NCBI RefSeq assembly: GCF_009914755.1
Contig: NC_060925.1
Length of the DNA stretch: 64,000 nucleotides
Direction: 5' to 3' (one strand)
Source of the DNA: the human T2T-CHM13v2.0 reference genome, Homo sapiens
Positions within the stretch are counted from its first letter, which is position 1. Each line of letters begins with the position of its first letter. This document shows positions 1 through 15,900 of the stretch, one piece after another. The notes beneath the pieces are model-generated. The model did not search any database. It worked only from the letters and a program-made list of their open reading frames with translations, and was not told where the DNA came from. A program made the position numbers and the translations under genes.

Positions 1-2279
<2,279 letters not shown>

Positions 2280-2289
2280 TTCTGTTTTT

Positions 2290-2900
2290 AGATACACTTC
2301 TTAGAGACACTCTTGCACATGTTCACGAAAGGTGTACAAAAAACTAAGCACAACAGTGTACAATAGCAATAATTTGAAACACCTCAATCATCAATGTTCA
2401 TCAACAGAGAATGAATCAATACATTTTAGTATAATCATATCATTTAATATTATATAGTAATTACAGTTAGTTAATTAGAGCTGAAAGTATTAGCAGATAA
2501 ATGTCCTATCAACATAATCATAGTAAGGGAGAAAGCATGTGATGAATAAAACAAATTATAGCATCACTTATATAAAGCTTGAAATCATATAAAATAATAT
2601 TATATATTGTATGTGGTACACCCATATGTTGTTATGTATACAAATCCATGGGAAAGCCAGATATCAAATTTAATATAATACATAACCAAGGGATGTGGTA
2701 AGAGGAAAATTGAATCCTTGGAAATTTCAAGAAGTTTCAATTGTATCTCTAACATTTTATTTTATTTTTTTCTACCAAATTATGAGAAACAAATATAACA
2801 AAATTTTAAGGACCTGATAAAATTTATTATTCAGCCCACATTCACTTTTTATATGTTTGTCTTTTTCTATATAATTGAAATATCTCATTCAAATTTTTAA
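2290..2900 (+). mobile_element. old L1M (L1ME/L1MD-like) 3' fragment
   Basis: Degenerate L1 ORF2-end/3' UTR motifs (cttgcacatg...caatagcaataatttgaaacacc...aatgttcatcaacagagaatgaat). Boundaries are approximate. Confidence 0.6.
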
Positions 2901-2982
2901 CATTAAAGATAACATAAATGCATAACCTCATGCCTAACCAAAATAGCATGGTTTTTTTTTTAAGTTTTATCTTTCCTTGCTA

Positions 2983-5006
2983 TTTTTCTTTTTTTTTTTT
3001 TCAACTTTTAAGTATGGGGCTACATGTAAAGGTCTGTTGTACATATTATTTCATCACCCAGGTATTTAGCCCAGAACACAAGAGTTATGTTTTCTGCTCC
3101 TCTCCCTCCTCCAACCCTCCATCCTCAAGTAGATCCCAGTATTTGTTTTTCCCTTCTTTGTGTTCATGAGTTCTCATCATTTAGCTCACACTTATAAATG
3201 TGAATATGTTATTTGATTTTCTGTTTCTGTGTTAAGGGTTGCTGAGGATAATGGCCATCCATGTCCCTGCAAAGAACATGATCTTGTTCCTTTTTACAGC
3301 TGCATGGTATTCCATCTTGTGTATGTTTTTTTTTTTTTAATCCAATCTGTCATTGATGGGCATTTAGGTTGATTCCACATCTTTGCTACTGTGAATAGTG
3401 CTGCAATGAATATTTTCATGCATGTGTCTTTATGGTAAAATGTTTTATATTCCTCTGGGTACATACCCAGTAATGGGATTGCTGGGTTGAATGGTAGTTC
3501 TACTTTTAGCTCTTTGAGAATGTGCCACACCGCACAATGGTTGAACTAATTTACAGTCCCACCAACAGTGTATAAGTGTTCAATTTTCTGTGCAACCTCA
3601 CCAGCACCTGTTACTTTTGGACTTTTTAATAATAGACATTCTGACTGATGTGAGATTATATCTCATTGTGGTTGTGATTTACATTTCTCTAATAACCAAT
3701 GATATTGAGCTTTTTTTTCCATACTCTTGTTGACTGCATGTACATTTTTTTTGAAAAGTGTCTGTTCATGTCTGTTGCCCACATTTTTATAGGGTTGTTT
3801 TTCTGTTGTAGATTTGTTCCAGTTCTTTATAGATGCTGTATATTAGGCCTTTTTCAGATGCATAGTTTGCAAATATTTTTCCCATTCTGTAGGCTGTCTG
3901 TTTATTCTGTTGATAGTTTCTTTGGGCAGAAGCTCTTCAGTTTAATTCCATCCCATCTGTCAATTTTTGCTTTTGTTGCATATTGCTTTTGCAATTTTTT
4001 GCCATGACATCTTTGCCCATTTCTATGTCCAAGATGGTATTGCTTAGGTTGTCTTCCAGGGTTTTTATAGCTTTGGGTTTCATATTTAAGTCTTTAATAT
4101 ATCTTTAGTTGATTTTTGTATATGATATAAAGAAGAGGTCCAGCTTCAATATTTTGCATATGGCTAGCCAGTTATCCCATCACTATTTGTTGAGTAGGGA
4201 ATCCTTTCCCCATTTCATTTTTTTGTGTAAGCTCTGTTGAAGATAAGATGGTTGTATGTGTGTGGACTTATTTCTGGTTCTCTATTCTGTTCCATTAGTC
4301 TACAGGCCTGTCTTTGTACCAGTGCCATGTTGTTTTGGTTATTGTAGCCCTGAAGTACAGGTTAAAGTCAAGTAGCATGATTCTTCCAGCTTTCCTCTTT
4401 TTTCTTAGGATTGCCTTGGCCATTCAGGCTATTTTTGATTCCACATGAATTTTAAAATGGATTTTTTTCCAATTCTGTGAAGAATGTCATTGATAGTTTG
4501 AGTCAACATAGTATTGAAAGTCCTAGCCAGAACAATCAGGCAAAAGACAGAAAGAAAGGACATCCAAATAGGAAGAGAGAAAGTCAAACTATTCCTGTTT
4601 GCAGATGACATGATTCTATATCTAGAAAACCCTGTAGTCTCGGCCCCAAAGCTGCTTCAGCTTATGAACAATTTCAGCAAAGTTTCAGGATACAAAATAA
4701 ATGTTCAAAACTCACTGGCATTCCAGTACACCAAAAGCCAAGCCAAAGAGCCAAATCAGGAAGGCTATTCCAATTACAATTGCCACAAACAGAATAGAAT
4801 ACTTAATAATACAGTCAACCAGGGAGGTGAAAGATCTCTATAATAAGAATTAAGACACCTTGCTTAAAGAAATCAGAGAAGACACAAACAAATGGCAAAC
4901 TAATGGAAAAATATCCCAAGCTTATGGATAGAAGGGACTGGCATTATTAAAACGGCCGTACTGCCCAAAGCACTTTATAGGGTCAATGCTATTCCTATCA
5001 AATTAA
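2983..5006 (-). mobile_element. 5'-truncated, 5'-inverted L1 (older L1PA/L1PB): 3' part on - strand 2983-4500, inverted ORF2 piece on + strand 4501-5006
   Basis: A poly(T) at ~2983-3001 is followed by reverse-complement 3' UTR/ORF2 to 4500. ORF 4514-4843 (+) reads [22 protein letters not shown]. The end of the + piece (attcctatcaaatta) is the L1 position that abuts the start of the - piece (caaactatcaatgacattc). Confidence 0.92.
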
Positions 5007-5154
5007 CCTAAATCTCATCATTATTCTTAAAATAGTCTTGATTTTGGAGAAAATATAAAAATGTAAACAAGCAGAAATTGCTTACTATATCCCTAAGAAT
5101 TTTTCTGATATATGAGAAATTCCTCATATCTATACTCCTGAAAATGGGACTCTG

Positions 5155-5810
5155 AATTCCAACAACTTTTCACAAATGTTTTTTAACAAAATCCATGTGC
5201 CAAGCACTGTTCTAGATGTTGAAGATACAGCGGTGAACAGACAACAAAACATTTTTCCTGTTGGCGCTTTTATTACAGAGATGAGAGGCAGATAATTAAA
5301 AAAAATAGGTAAACTGGATGCTTGTTTGAAGATGCTTAGCATGAAGAAAAGTTAAGTAGGGTAATAATTCCAGAGTAATAGGTGTAATTTTAAGTAAGGT
5401 GCTCAGAAAACAACTCATTACAAAGTTGTGATCAGAATGAAGATCTGGAAGAGATAAGGGAGCAAGCCATGCACACATCTGAGGTGTTGGGGCGAAGAAA
5501 TATCCCTGAGAAAAGGAGCAGCAAATGCCTCAAAAGACATCAAGGATGCCAGTGTGCCGGGAGCAGGGCAAGTAAGGAAGAAGAGGTAGGAGATGAGGGC
5601 AGATTGTGTGTGGAGCCTTACATGCTGTTTAAGAATTTGAGCTTTAATTCTGAGTTAGATGAGAATTCTTTTGAGAATTTTGGGACATGAGATGACATTT
5701 TAAAAAGCTTACTCTGGCTGCTGTCAAAGTACAGGAGAGAAAGAATGGAAGCAGAGAGGCAAGTTAGGAAGCTATTGCCATACCCCAATGAGAGATTATG
5801 GTGCCCTACA
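5155..5810 (-). mobile_element. L2 3' fragment
   Basis: atgtgccaagcactgttctagatgttgaagatacagcggtgaac and ggaagcagagaggcaagttaggaagctattgc are typical reverse-complement L2 3' motifs. Confidence 0.8.
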
Positions 5811-6012
5811 TCCTGGTGAAATTTATGCTTGAAAATACATCTGAAAATCTTTTGTGAAATATTTGGAATTATGGGTTCTTTGGTCCTCTATGTTATTTTT
5901 TGAACCAACATGTGGAATATAAAGTTAGAGTGAACCACACAGTAAGGAAAGACACATAATGCTGACACATATATGGTGTGGTGTGTTATGGATAGGTGTT
6001 TGAGTGTACGTA

Positions 6013-6366
6013 TTAATGATTTGACCAGAGAAAAGCTAAATGACCACAGGGAACAATCCCTTCTTTCCTTCTTAATCTGAAATATTTGCAAAGAGTTCTG
6101 GAAAGTTTCGTAGATGTGCCATACAATGAAAACAAATTAAATGCTGAACTAAATGATTCTTTCTTCCCACAGTGTGATCTTTTTCCCTTCTTTCGGATAT
6201 ATTCATTTGTTTCTGACAAGATAATCACCACTGTTTTGTCAACCTTTATGAGATGGGTTATGTTACTGGGAAAAAGTCCTAGGGTCTCTATAAACGGAGA
6301 AAATGATCCCTCGTTGGCTAAGTGCTCATTGTACGGACCAAACAGTCTTACACCTTCTGAAAAGGC
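6013..6366 (-). pseudogene. candidate fossil exon: 117 stop-free codons after a canonical acceptor
   Basis: aactttccttag|GCC opens AFSEGVRLFGPYNEHLANEGSFSPFIETLGLFPSNITHLIKVDKTVVIILSETNEYIRKKGKR...FLWSNH*. It includes ORF-track 6013-6231 and lies in unique sequence. The frame may extend upstream to an acceptor at ~6536. Confidence 0.5.
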
Positions 6367-6809
6367 CTAAGGAAAGTTTTGTAAGTGTTTGGGAGTTGCT
6401 GTTTTTGAGCCAAATATCAAGTCACTTTGTGCTTGGACCTAGTTCTCTTTGTTCTCCACTGTGGCAATAAAGAACAGAAATATGTGCAAGATGAGGTGGC
6501 TCTTGTGAGCCCAGAAAATGCCAATTTATATGAAACCTAAATCAAATACTTGCTGCCTTAGACCAAAAAAAAAAAAAGAAAAAATTCAATTTTGAGGTCA
6601 GTAGACACTAATCTGTGGAATTTGAGGAGATATATTACTCAGTATTATTAACATTTGAAATTTCTACTACTATACTAAATTCATATTTTATAAATTATTA
6701 CAAATAACACTATATTCTATTTTACTTATGTCACTAACTACTTACAAAATAATTTTCAAATTAACTATTTAATCATTACAAAGGTTTATTTATATCATTC
6801 TAGAAGGCT

Positions 6810-7050
6810 TAAAAAAACTTTGTTTCAATTACTAAGGAATATCTTAAATATGGTATTTTTAAGAATAATGCAAACATCTGAGATTTTAATAAGTGACTAT
6901 CATATCCAGATGATGGCCTATTGTTTCCAGTCTGATGCCTGTGAAGCTGCCAGTCATGAAGACTCCCTCCCACGCAGCAGGCAGGCAAAGGGCAAGCCTC
7001 CAGTGTGTTTATGAGTCTCATGCAGCCTGCTACCTACATGTTGATCAAGG
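6810..7050 (-). pseudogene. candidate fossil exon
   Basis: Acceptor attttctttgtcag| is followed by LDQHVGSRLHETHKHTGGLPFACLLRGRESS*LAASQASDWKQ*AIIWI**SLIK. The 3' boundary is unclear. Confidence 0.3.
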
Positions 7051-7849
7051 CTGACAAAGAAAATCTGTCAGCCCTGGGTTACATTTCAAATAAAAGTTTT
7101 AAATACTATCTAAAATGCACATATTTTAATGCTTGCATTATTTACATTCTCACTCAAATTTTATTCTAGCATTAAAATGTATCTTTTATATACCCAAGAT
7201 TTTGGAATGGCCAATGTTTTTTAAATGTAAATCAAATTCTATGTGAAATAGAGCCAGCAAATTTAAATCTCAGGAAAATATTTGACTCTATCAAAAATGC
7301 AACTTTCTATACTGTTTCAGGTTTTTTTTCTTTTGAGATGATTGTCATTAAATAAAACTTACATTTGAGAAATTCATATTTTTATTTGAAATGTAATTTT
7401 ACTTGTTTATATTTAATTATTTTAATATTTCTCTAAAAATTAAAAAGTATATAACACATCTTATATCCTCAGACTCAATCACTTATATGTGGCATGATCA
7501 TGTCCTAATATCCCCAAGTTTCTATCACCGGGAAAAGAATCAGCAAACACCAATAAGTAAATAATTTTTACTTTAGTTTTCATCTAGAATCTGACTATTG
7601 AGTACACTGCACCAGGCTCTAAGCTCATACCTATCACCCTTGCTATTATTCAATTGGTAGGTCTTCTGGTTTTCTCTTTCCACATATTTTCAACTTCGTA
7701 TTGCTGTATGTTTCCTCTCTCCTTACCCATCCTACCACTGCACCCTTTCCTCATAGTCTTCTATAATTTTCCTTTTTAGAATTCTGTTCTACCCTAAAGA
7801 TTCTCCTTTAGGTTTCCAATTCCTTCATAGAATGCTAGTTCATCTTACG

Positions 7850-9050
7850 TTTTCCAGACACAAATGCAGACAGAGGAGACAGATGTCAACATTTGGGACC
7901 TTGTATACAACGTTGATTTTACCTTCAGTTTGTCAACCTCAGTTTCAGTGATCTTCACTTTCATTCAATTTCAATCTCCTACTCCAGAAAACCTTTTGTC
8001 TTCTATAAGGATCAGCCTCTAAAATCTTGAGACTTAATAGGCTATTAAAAAAAATCATACCTTCTTTCTTTGTGTCTCTCTTATTTAAGTCATCTTATCC
8101 AATTTCACTGAAACATCTTTTTTCTGTACCACTTATTTTCATCCCAACCTATCAGGCTCTTTGATTTTCTTTCCTCCTGATGTAATATAGACGAAATAGT
8201 ATTGTTTCAACCAGTCTTTCAATCCACTTCTTACACTAATTAAAAACTCCAAACACTTGACTAATGTACACTCTATCTGATTGTATACACATCACTACAG
8301 AAAAATTGTGCATCTATATTTTTGTGATCAAAAAAGTTTAAGGTCTCCAAACTGAGAAGTACCAAATTGGGAAATGAGAAGTACCTTCCTCACTGCCATT
8401 TTCATTGCAATCCAATTCAAAATTCATTATTCTCAAACTGCCTATAGCACCACCTTCTTCCCTCTGGCAAATGTCTACATTTCCCAATTTGTAAAAGAAA
8501 ATAAGATCACTTTAACAAAATTTCATCAATTTTCCTGATACCCCACAACCAGATTTAATTGCATCCATCTCTACTTTTAATTCTATCTCAAAGCAGGTTG
8601 TCCTGTTCCTGTCTAAGGTCTATCTTTATTCCTGTGGTCTCCATCAATACTAACTGTTTTTATGTCATTAAATATTTTCCCTCATCTAATTCCTTTCTTA
8701 CAATCTGCAAATGTGCTGTCTCTCCCACCTTAACAAACAACAACAAATATGTTCTTTGTTTATAATCGCCTTTACTATTTTCCTTCTCAACACATTCACT
8801 TTCAAATCACTAACACACACACACACACATAGATGCATTTATATACAGAGAGAGAGAAAGAAAGAAAAAATTTTAATTACTAAAATCTGAAACCTGGTTT
8901 TACTCCACTGAGATGGTTCTCTGCGTGGTCAACAATCCCTAGCTGGGAAATCTGATGTGTACTTTGCAATCACTTTACATGACCTGTTTGTAGTATTTGA
9001 CTTTTTGATCTTTTCATCTTTGCAATTATTTTTATCTCTTGGTCTACATA
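7850..9050 (+). mobile_element. ancient L2 ORF2 fragment, with a (CA)n/(GA)n tract at ~8813-8860
   Basis: Pyrimidine-rich degenerate L2 RT motifs (ccactgagatggttctctgcgtggtcaacaat...tgacctgtttgtagtatttgac). Confidence 0.6.
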
Positions 9051-9545
9051 AATCCACATATTTATCCACATACTTATTCCTTCAACAAATATTGATGGAG
9101 AAGATACTGTATGCTGCCTCTGTGCCGATTCAGGTTATATTCTTGTCCCTGTACCTGGAGTTCTGCCAATTTAATCCTGCCTTTCATGTAGAATTTGCCT
9201 CCTCCAATAAGACTTCTGACAAACTCAACCCTAAGTAATCTCTCCAGCCTCTATAATCGTATAAGGGTTACAGTATAAACTAACTCCTTTAGTATTTAAT
9301 TATAACTACTTTGAATAGTTGAAGTATATCCTTTTTGGTCTTATGTCCTGAAGAAACTCACAATTGAGTTGAGAGTGCTTTCAAGGCAGTGACCATATGT
9401 TATGTTTTCTCTTTTCTGTTGCCTTTTAAGTGATAGAAAAATATTCAGTAAAACTATATTAATTTATCTTAATCTCCACATTCATGTTTCTCAATTATAA
9501 ACTTCAAATGACACCAATTTAAACTTTCTTTCTCTAAACTTCTAC

Positions 9546-9650
9546 CTATATGAATCAATCTGGCTACAGAACGATTATGCATTCAGGATATTTGTGCCTC
9601 TTCAGAATTTAAGGTCTTCAACCTGAGTTTGAACTGAGTCAAATTGCTCA
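9546..9650 (-). pseudogene. candidate fossil exon (105 nt, symmetric)
   Basis: attatag|TGAGCAATTTGAC...CATATAG|GTAGAA reads EQFDSVQTQVEDLKF*RGTNILNA*SFCSQIDSY. The polypyrimidine tract is weak. Confidence 0.3.
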
Positions 9651-9859
9651 CTATAATATTTCATTTATATTCTCATTAAAAATTTGGAAGTATAAATAAA
9701 ATTGATAATTGTATAATAAAATAGAATAAAATAAATTTCAGAGTAAGAGAACATTAAATGGCCAATTTCCATTAAAAAATTCCCTTTATCCCTCCATAAA
9801 GCAAAAGATCCCATCAATTTCAAAATGTTAAAGAGTAGATAATACATTATTTTTAATAA

Positions 9860-9957
9860 AATTGATTCCAACACTTAGGAGAAATTCCAAAACATAAAAC
9901 AACAAAAATACAGACCAATCGTATTCATGAATATTGATGTAAAAGTCCATAATGACA
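9860..9957 (+). mobile_element. old L1M ORF2 fragment, left part, interrupted by the younger L1
   Basis: aaatacagaccaatcgtattcatgaatattgatgtaaaagtcc corresponds to degenerate NYRPISLMNIDAK. It continues at ~16210. Confidence 0.7.
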
Positions 9958-12900
9958 TAATTTATTTTACTCTAGCTTAATTTTTATTTTAAGGTCAGGG
10001 GTACATGTGCAGGATGTGCAGGTTTGTTACACAGGTAAACATGTGACATGGAGGTTGTTGTACAGATTATTTTATCACCCAGGTATTAGACCTGGTATAC
10101 AAAAACTAACACAAGGTGGATTAAAAGACTTAAATGTAAAACCCAAAATTAGTTATTAGTTATTTGCTGATCGCCTCCCTCCTCCCACCTTCCAACCGCT
10201 GAGAGGCTCCCGTGTGTGTTGTTTCCCTCTATATGTCCATGTATTTTCATCATTTAGCTCCCACTTATAAATGAGAAGATGAGATATTTAGTTTTCTGTT
10301 TCCATGTTAGTTCGATGAGGAAGATGTCCTTCAGCTTCACCCATGTCCCTGGAAAGGACACAATCGTGTTCTTTTTTGTGGCTGCATAGTACTCCATGGT
10401 GTACATGTACCACATTTTTTTTTTTATTGAGTCTATCATCTTTGATGGGCATTTAGGTTGATTCCATGTCTTTGCTATTGTGAATAGTGCTTGAGGGAAC
10501 ATACACATGCATGTGTCTTTATAATAATAGAATGGTTTATAATCCTTTAGGTATATACTCAGTAATGGTATTGCTGGGTTGAATGGTATTTCTGTCTTTA
10601 GGTCTTTGAGAAATAGCCACACTGTTTTCCACAATGGTTGAACTAATTTACACTCCCCAAAACAGTGTATAAGCATTCCTTTTCCTCCACAACCTCGCCA
10701 GCATCTCTTTTTTTTTTTTTTTTAATAATGGCCATTCTGACTGGTGTGAGACGGTATCTCATTGTGGTTTTGATTTGTATTTCTCTAATGATGAGTGATG
10801 TTGAGATTTTTTTTCATATGCTTGTTGGCTGCATGTATGTCTTCTTTTGAGAAGTGTCTGTTCAGTCTTTTGCCCACTTTTTAATGGGGTTGTTTTTTTC
10901 TTGTAAATTTGTTTAAGTTCCTTATAGATGCTGGATATTAGACTTTTGTCAGATGCATAGTGTGCAAAAATTTTCTCCCATTCAGTAGGTTGTCTGTTTA
11001 CTCTGTTGATAGTTTCTTTTGCTATGCAGAAGCTATTTAGTTTAATTAGATCCCATTTGTCAATTTTTTGCTTTTTCTGCGATTGCTTTGGGTGTCATCA
11101 TAAAATCTTTGCCTGTGCCTATGTCCTGAATGATATTGCCTAGATTGTCTTCCAGGGTTTTCATAGTTTGGAGTTTTAAATTTAAGTCTTTAATCCATCT
11201 AGAGTTAATTTATGTATATGGTGTAAGGAAGAATTCCAGTTTCAGTTTTCTGCATATGGCTAGCCAGTTCTCCTAGCACCATTTATTAAATAGGGAATTG
11301 TTTCCCTATTGCTTGTTTTTGTCAGGTTTTTCAAAGATCAGATAGTTGTAGGTGTATGGTCTTATTTCTGTGTTCTCTATTCTGTTCCATTTGTCTATGT
11401 ACCTGTTCTTGTACCAGTATCATGCTGTTTTGGTTACTGTAGCCATGTAGTATAGTTTGAAGTCAGGTAGCATGATTCCTCCAACTTTGTTCTATTTGCT
11501 TAGGATTGCCTTGGCTATTTGGGCATTTTTTAGGTTCTATATAAATTTTAAATAGATTTTCCTAGTTCTGCACAAATGTCAGTAGTAGTTTAATGGGAAC
11601 AACATTGAGTTTATAAATTGCTTTGGGCAATATGGCCACTTAAATGATACTGATTCTCTCTATTCTTAAGTGTAGAGAGTGTTTTCCATTTGTGTCATCT
11701 CTGATTTCTTTTAGCTATGGTGTATAGTTCTCTTCAGAGAGATCATTCACTTCCCTTGTTAGCTGTATTCCTAGGTATTTTATTCTTTTTGTGTCAGTTG
11801 TGAATGGGAGTTTGTTTGTGATTTAGCTCTTGGCTTGATGATTGTTGGTGTATAAGAATGTTAGTTGGCACATTAATTTTGTATCCTGGGACTTTTGCAA
11901 AGTTGTTTATCAGCTTAAGAAGCTTTTGGGATAAGATGATGGGGTTTTCTAGTCCTAGGATCATGTAATCTACAAACAGGGATAGTTTGACTTCCTCTCT
12001 TCCTATATGAATGCCCGATATTGCTTTCTCTTGCCTTATTGCTCTGGCCAGAACTTCCAATGTTATGTTGAATAGGAGTGGTGAAAATAGACATTCTTGT
12101 GTTGTGCCAGTTTTCAAGAGGAATGTTTCCAGCTTTTGCCCATTCAGTATGATGCTGGCTCTGGGTTTGCCAATATATGGCTCATTATTTTGAGATATGT
12201 TCCTTAAATACCTAGTTTATTAAGAGTTTTTAACATGAAGGGATTCTTTGTTTTATCAGAAGACTCTTCTTCTGCATCTATTGAAATAATCATGTCCTTT
12301 TTTTTTTTTTTGGAAACAAAGCCTTGCTCCATTGCCCAGCCTGGAGTGCAGTGGCATAATCTCGGCTCACTGCAACCTCCACCTCCCATGTTCAAGTGAT
12401 TCTCATGACTCAGACACCCGAGTAGCTTGGATTACAGGTGTGTGCCACCACTTCTGGCTAATTTTTGTACTTTTAGCAGAGATGGGGTTTCACCATGTCT
12501 GCCAGGCTGGTCTCAAACTCCTAGCCTTATGTGATCTGCCATCCACAGCCTCCCAAGGTGCTGGGATTACAGGCATAAACTATCATCCCTGACTTTGTCT
12601 TTAGTTCTGTTTATGTGATGAATCACATTTTTTGTTTTGCCTATGAACCAAACTTGCATCTGATAGATGAAGCCTACTTGATCACGGTGGATAAGCTTTT
12701 TGATGCACTGCTGGATTTGGTTTGCCAGTATTTTTTTGAGGATTTTTGCATTTGTGTTTGTCAAGGATATTGGCCTGAAGTTTTCTTTTTTTGTTGTGTC
12801 TCTTCCAAGTTTTGGTATCAGGATGATGTTTGCCTCAAAGAATGAGTTATGGAGGAGTCCCACCTTTTCAATTTTTGAAATCATTTCAGTAGGAATGGTA

Positions 12901-15900
12901 CCAGCTCTTCTTTGTACATCTGGTAGAATTCAGCTGTGAATCCTTCTGGTCCTGGTCTTTTTTTGGTTGGTAGGATATTTATTACTGCTTCAATTTCAGA
13001 GATCATTGTTGGTATGCTTAGGGATTCAATTTTTTCCTTGTTCAGTCCTGGGAGGGTATGTGTATCCAGGAATCTATCCACTTCTTCCAGATTTTTTAGC
13101 TTGTGTGCATAGAGGTGTTTATAATATTCTCTGATGGTTGTTGGTATTTCTGTAGGGTCTGTGGACATATATCCCTTATTATTTCTGATTTTGTTTATTT
13201 GAATCTTCTATCTTTTCTTCTTTACTAGTCTAGCTAGTGTTCTACCTATTTCATTAATTTTTTTTTCGAAAAAAAAAAACAGCTCCTGGATTTATTAATC
13301 TGTTGAATGGTTTTTCCACCTCTCTATCTTCAGTTAAGCACTAATTTTGGTTATTTCTTGTCTTTTGCTAGCTTTGGGATTTGTTTGCTCTTGGTTCTCT
13401 AGCTCTTTTAGATGTGATGTTAGATTTTTAATTAGAGATTTTTCTAGCTTTTTCATGTGGCCTTTAGTGATATAAATTTCCCCCAAACACTGCCTTAGCT
13501 GTGTCCCAGAGATTCTGGTACATTTTATCATTTTTCTCATTAGTTTCAAAGAACTTCTTGATTTCTGCCTTAATTTCATTATTTACCCAAAAGTCATTCA
13601 GGAACAGGTTATTCAATTTTCACATAATTGTATTGTGTTGAGAGAATTTCTTAGACTTGAGTTCTAATTTGATAGCACTGTGGTCTGAGAGGCTGTTTGT
13701 TATGATTTCAGTTCTTTGGCATTTTCCTAGAAGTGTTTTAATTCTGATTATGTGATCAATTTTAGAGTAAGTGTCATGTAGCTATGAGAAAAATGTATAT
13801 TCTGTTGTTTTGGGGTGGAGAGTTTGTATATATCAATGAGGTCCAATTGATCAAGAGCTGAGTTCAGGTCCTAAATATCTGTGTTAATTTTGTATCTCAT
13901 GATCTGTCGAATATTGTCAGTGAGGTGTTGAAGTCTCCCACTATTATCATGTGGAGGGTCTAACTTTGAAGATCTCTAAGAACTTGCTTTATGACTCTGG
14001 GTGCTCTTGTGTTAGGCGCATTTATATTTAGGATACGTAGCTCTTCTGGTTGTATTGAATCTTTTATCATTATGTAATGCCCTTCTTCGTCATTTTTGAT
14101 CTTTGTTGGTTTAAAGGCTGTTTTGTTGGAAACTAGGATTCCAACCCATGCTTTTTTCTGTCTTCTATTTGCTTGGTAAATTTTCCTCCATCCCTTTATT
14201 TTGGGTCTATGTGTGTCTTTTCATGTGAGATGGGTCTTTTGAAGACAGCATACCAATGAATCTTGGTTCTTTATCCAGCTTGTCACTCCATGTCTTTTAA
14301 TTGGGGCATTTAGCCTGTTTCCATTTAAGGTTAGTATTGTTATGTATGGATTTGATCTTGTCATCATGATGCTACCTAGTTATTTTGCTGACTTGTTTAT
14401 GTGGTTGCTTTATAGTGTCACTGGTCAGTGTGTTTTTGAAGTCGATGGTAGTAGTTTTTCCTTTCTATATTTAGTGCTTCCTTCAGGAGTTCTTGTAAGG
14501 CAGGTCTGGTGGTAATGAATTCCCTCGGCATTTGCTTATTTGAAAAGAATTTTGTTTTTCCTTCACTTACGAAGCTTAATTTGGCTGGATATGAAATTCT
14601 GGGTTAGAATTGCTTTTGTTTAAGAATGTTAAATATTTGCCCCCAATGTTTTCTGGCTTTTTGCATTTCCATTGAGAGGTCTGTTGTTAGTGTGATGAGC
14701 TTCTTTTGTAGATGACCTGGCCTTTCTCCCTGGATGCTATTAACACTTTTTCTTTCATATCAACTTTGCAGAATCTGAAGATTATGTGTCTTGGGGATGA
14801 TCTTCTCACAGAGTATCTTACTGGGGTTGTCTACATTTTCTGAGTTTGAATGTTGGCCTGTCTAGCAAGGTAGGGCAAGTTCTACAGAGTGATATCCTGA
14901 AATATGTTTTCCAAATTGGTACTCTTCTCCTCAGCTCTTTCAGGTACACCAATCAGTTGTAAATTTAAGATTTTACATAATCCCATATTTCTTGGAGGTT
15001 TTGTTCATTCCTTTTTATTCTTTTTTCTCTATTCTTATCTGCCTGTCTTATTTCAGAAAGACAGTCTTCATGCTCTGAGATTCCACTGTTTGATCTATTC
15101 TGCTATTAATACTTGCAATTGCATTATGAAATTCTTGTATTGTGTTTTGCAGCTCTATCAGGTTGATTATGTTCTTCTCTATCCTAGCTCTTTTGTCAGC
15201 TTCAGCAATGTTTTATCATGATTTTTATCTTCCTTGCAGTAAGTTAGAATGTGCTTCTGTAGCTCAGTGAAGATCATCTTTATCCATATTCTGAGGTCTA
15301 GTGTTATTTCAGCCATGTCAGCCTTAGTCTCATTCCAAACCCTTGCTGGAGAGAGATGTGGTCATTTGGAGGAGAGAGGGAACTCTGGCTTTTTGAGTTT
15401 TCCATGTTCTTTGTGCTGATTCTTTCTCATTTTTGTGGGCTTATCTACCTTCAATCTTTGAGGTTGCTGACCTTTAGATTGAGTGTTTTTTGTTTGTTTG
15501 TTTGTTTTTTTAAGTCTGGCCACTTTTCTGTAGTGCTGGCGCAGTTTTCCAGGCATCTTCTTGAGTCCTGAGTCACCTCAGATTTTCTAGTACCTGAAGG
15601 TGTCATCAGTAAAAGCTGTGAAACAGCAAAGATGACTGCCTGCCCCTTCCTCTGGGAGTTCCATCCCAGGTGAATACAGAGCTGTTGCTAGCCTGAATGC
15701 ACCTACAGGAGGGAGGAGGCTTGAGACCCTGGTTGGGATGTCTCACCCAGCCAAGTGGAACAGAATCAGGTACCTACTTAAATAAGTAGTTTAGCCTGCT
15801 TTTGTAGAGCAGCTGGGCTGTGCTGTGCTGTGCTGTGCTGAGGTGCTGTTTCTACGCCTCTTTGGTTTGGGCTTTCTAAAGCCTGGAGGCTGGAACTGCT

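Noticed and set aside
6086-6370. 94-aa plus-strand ORF
   Set aside because: It has a TTG start and is in codon register with the longer minus-strand frame, so it is best explained as its antisense shadow.
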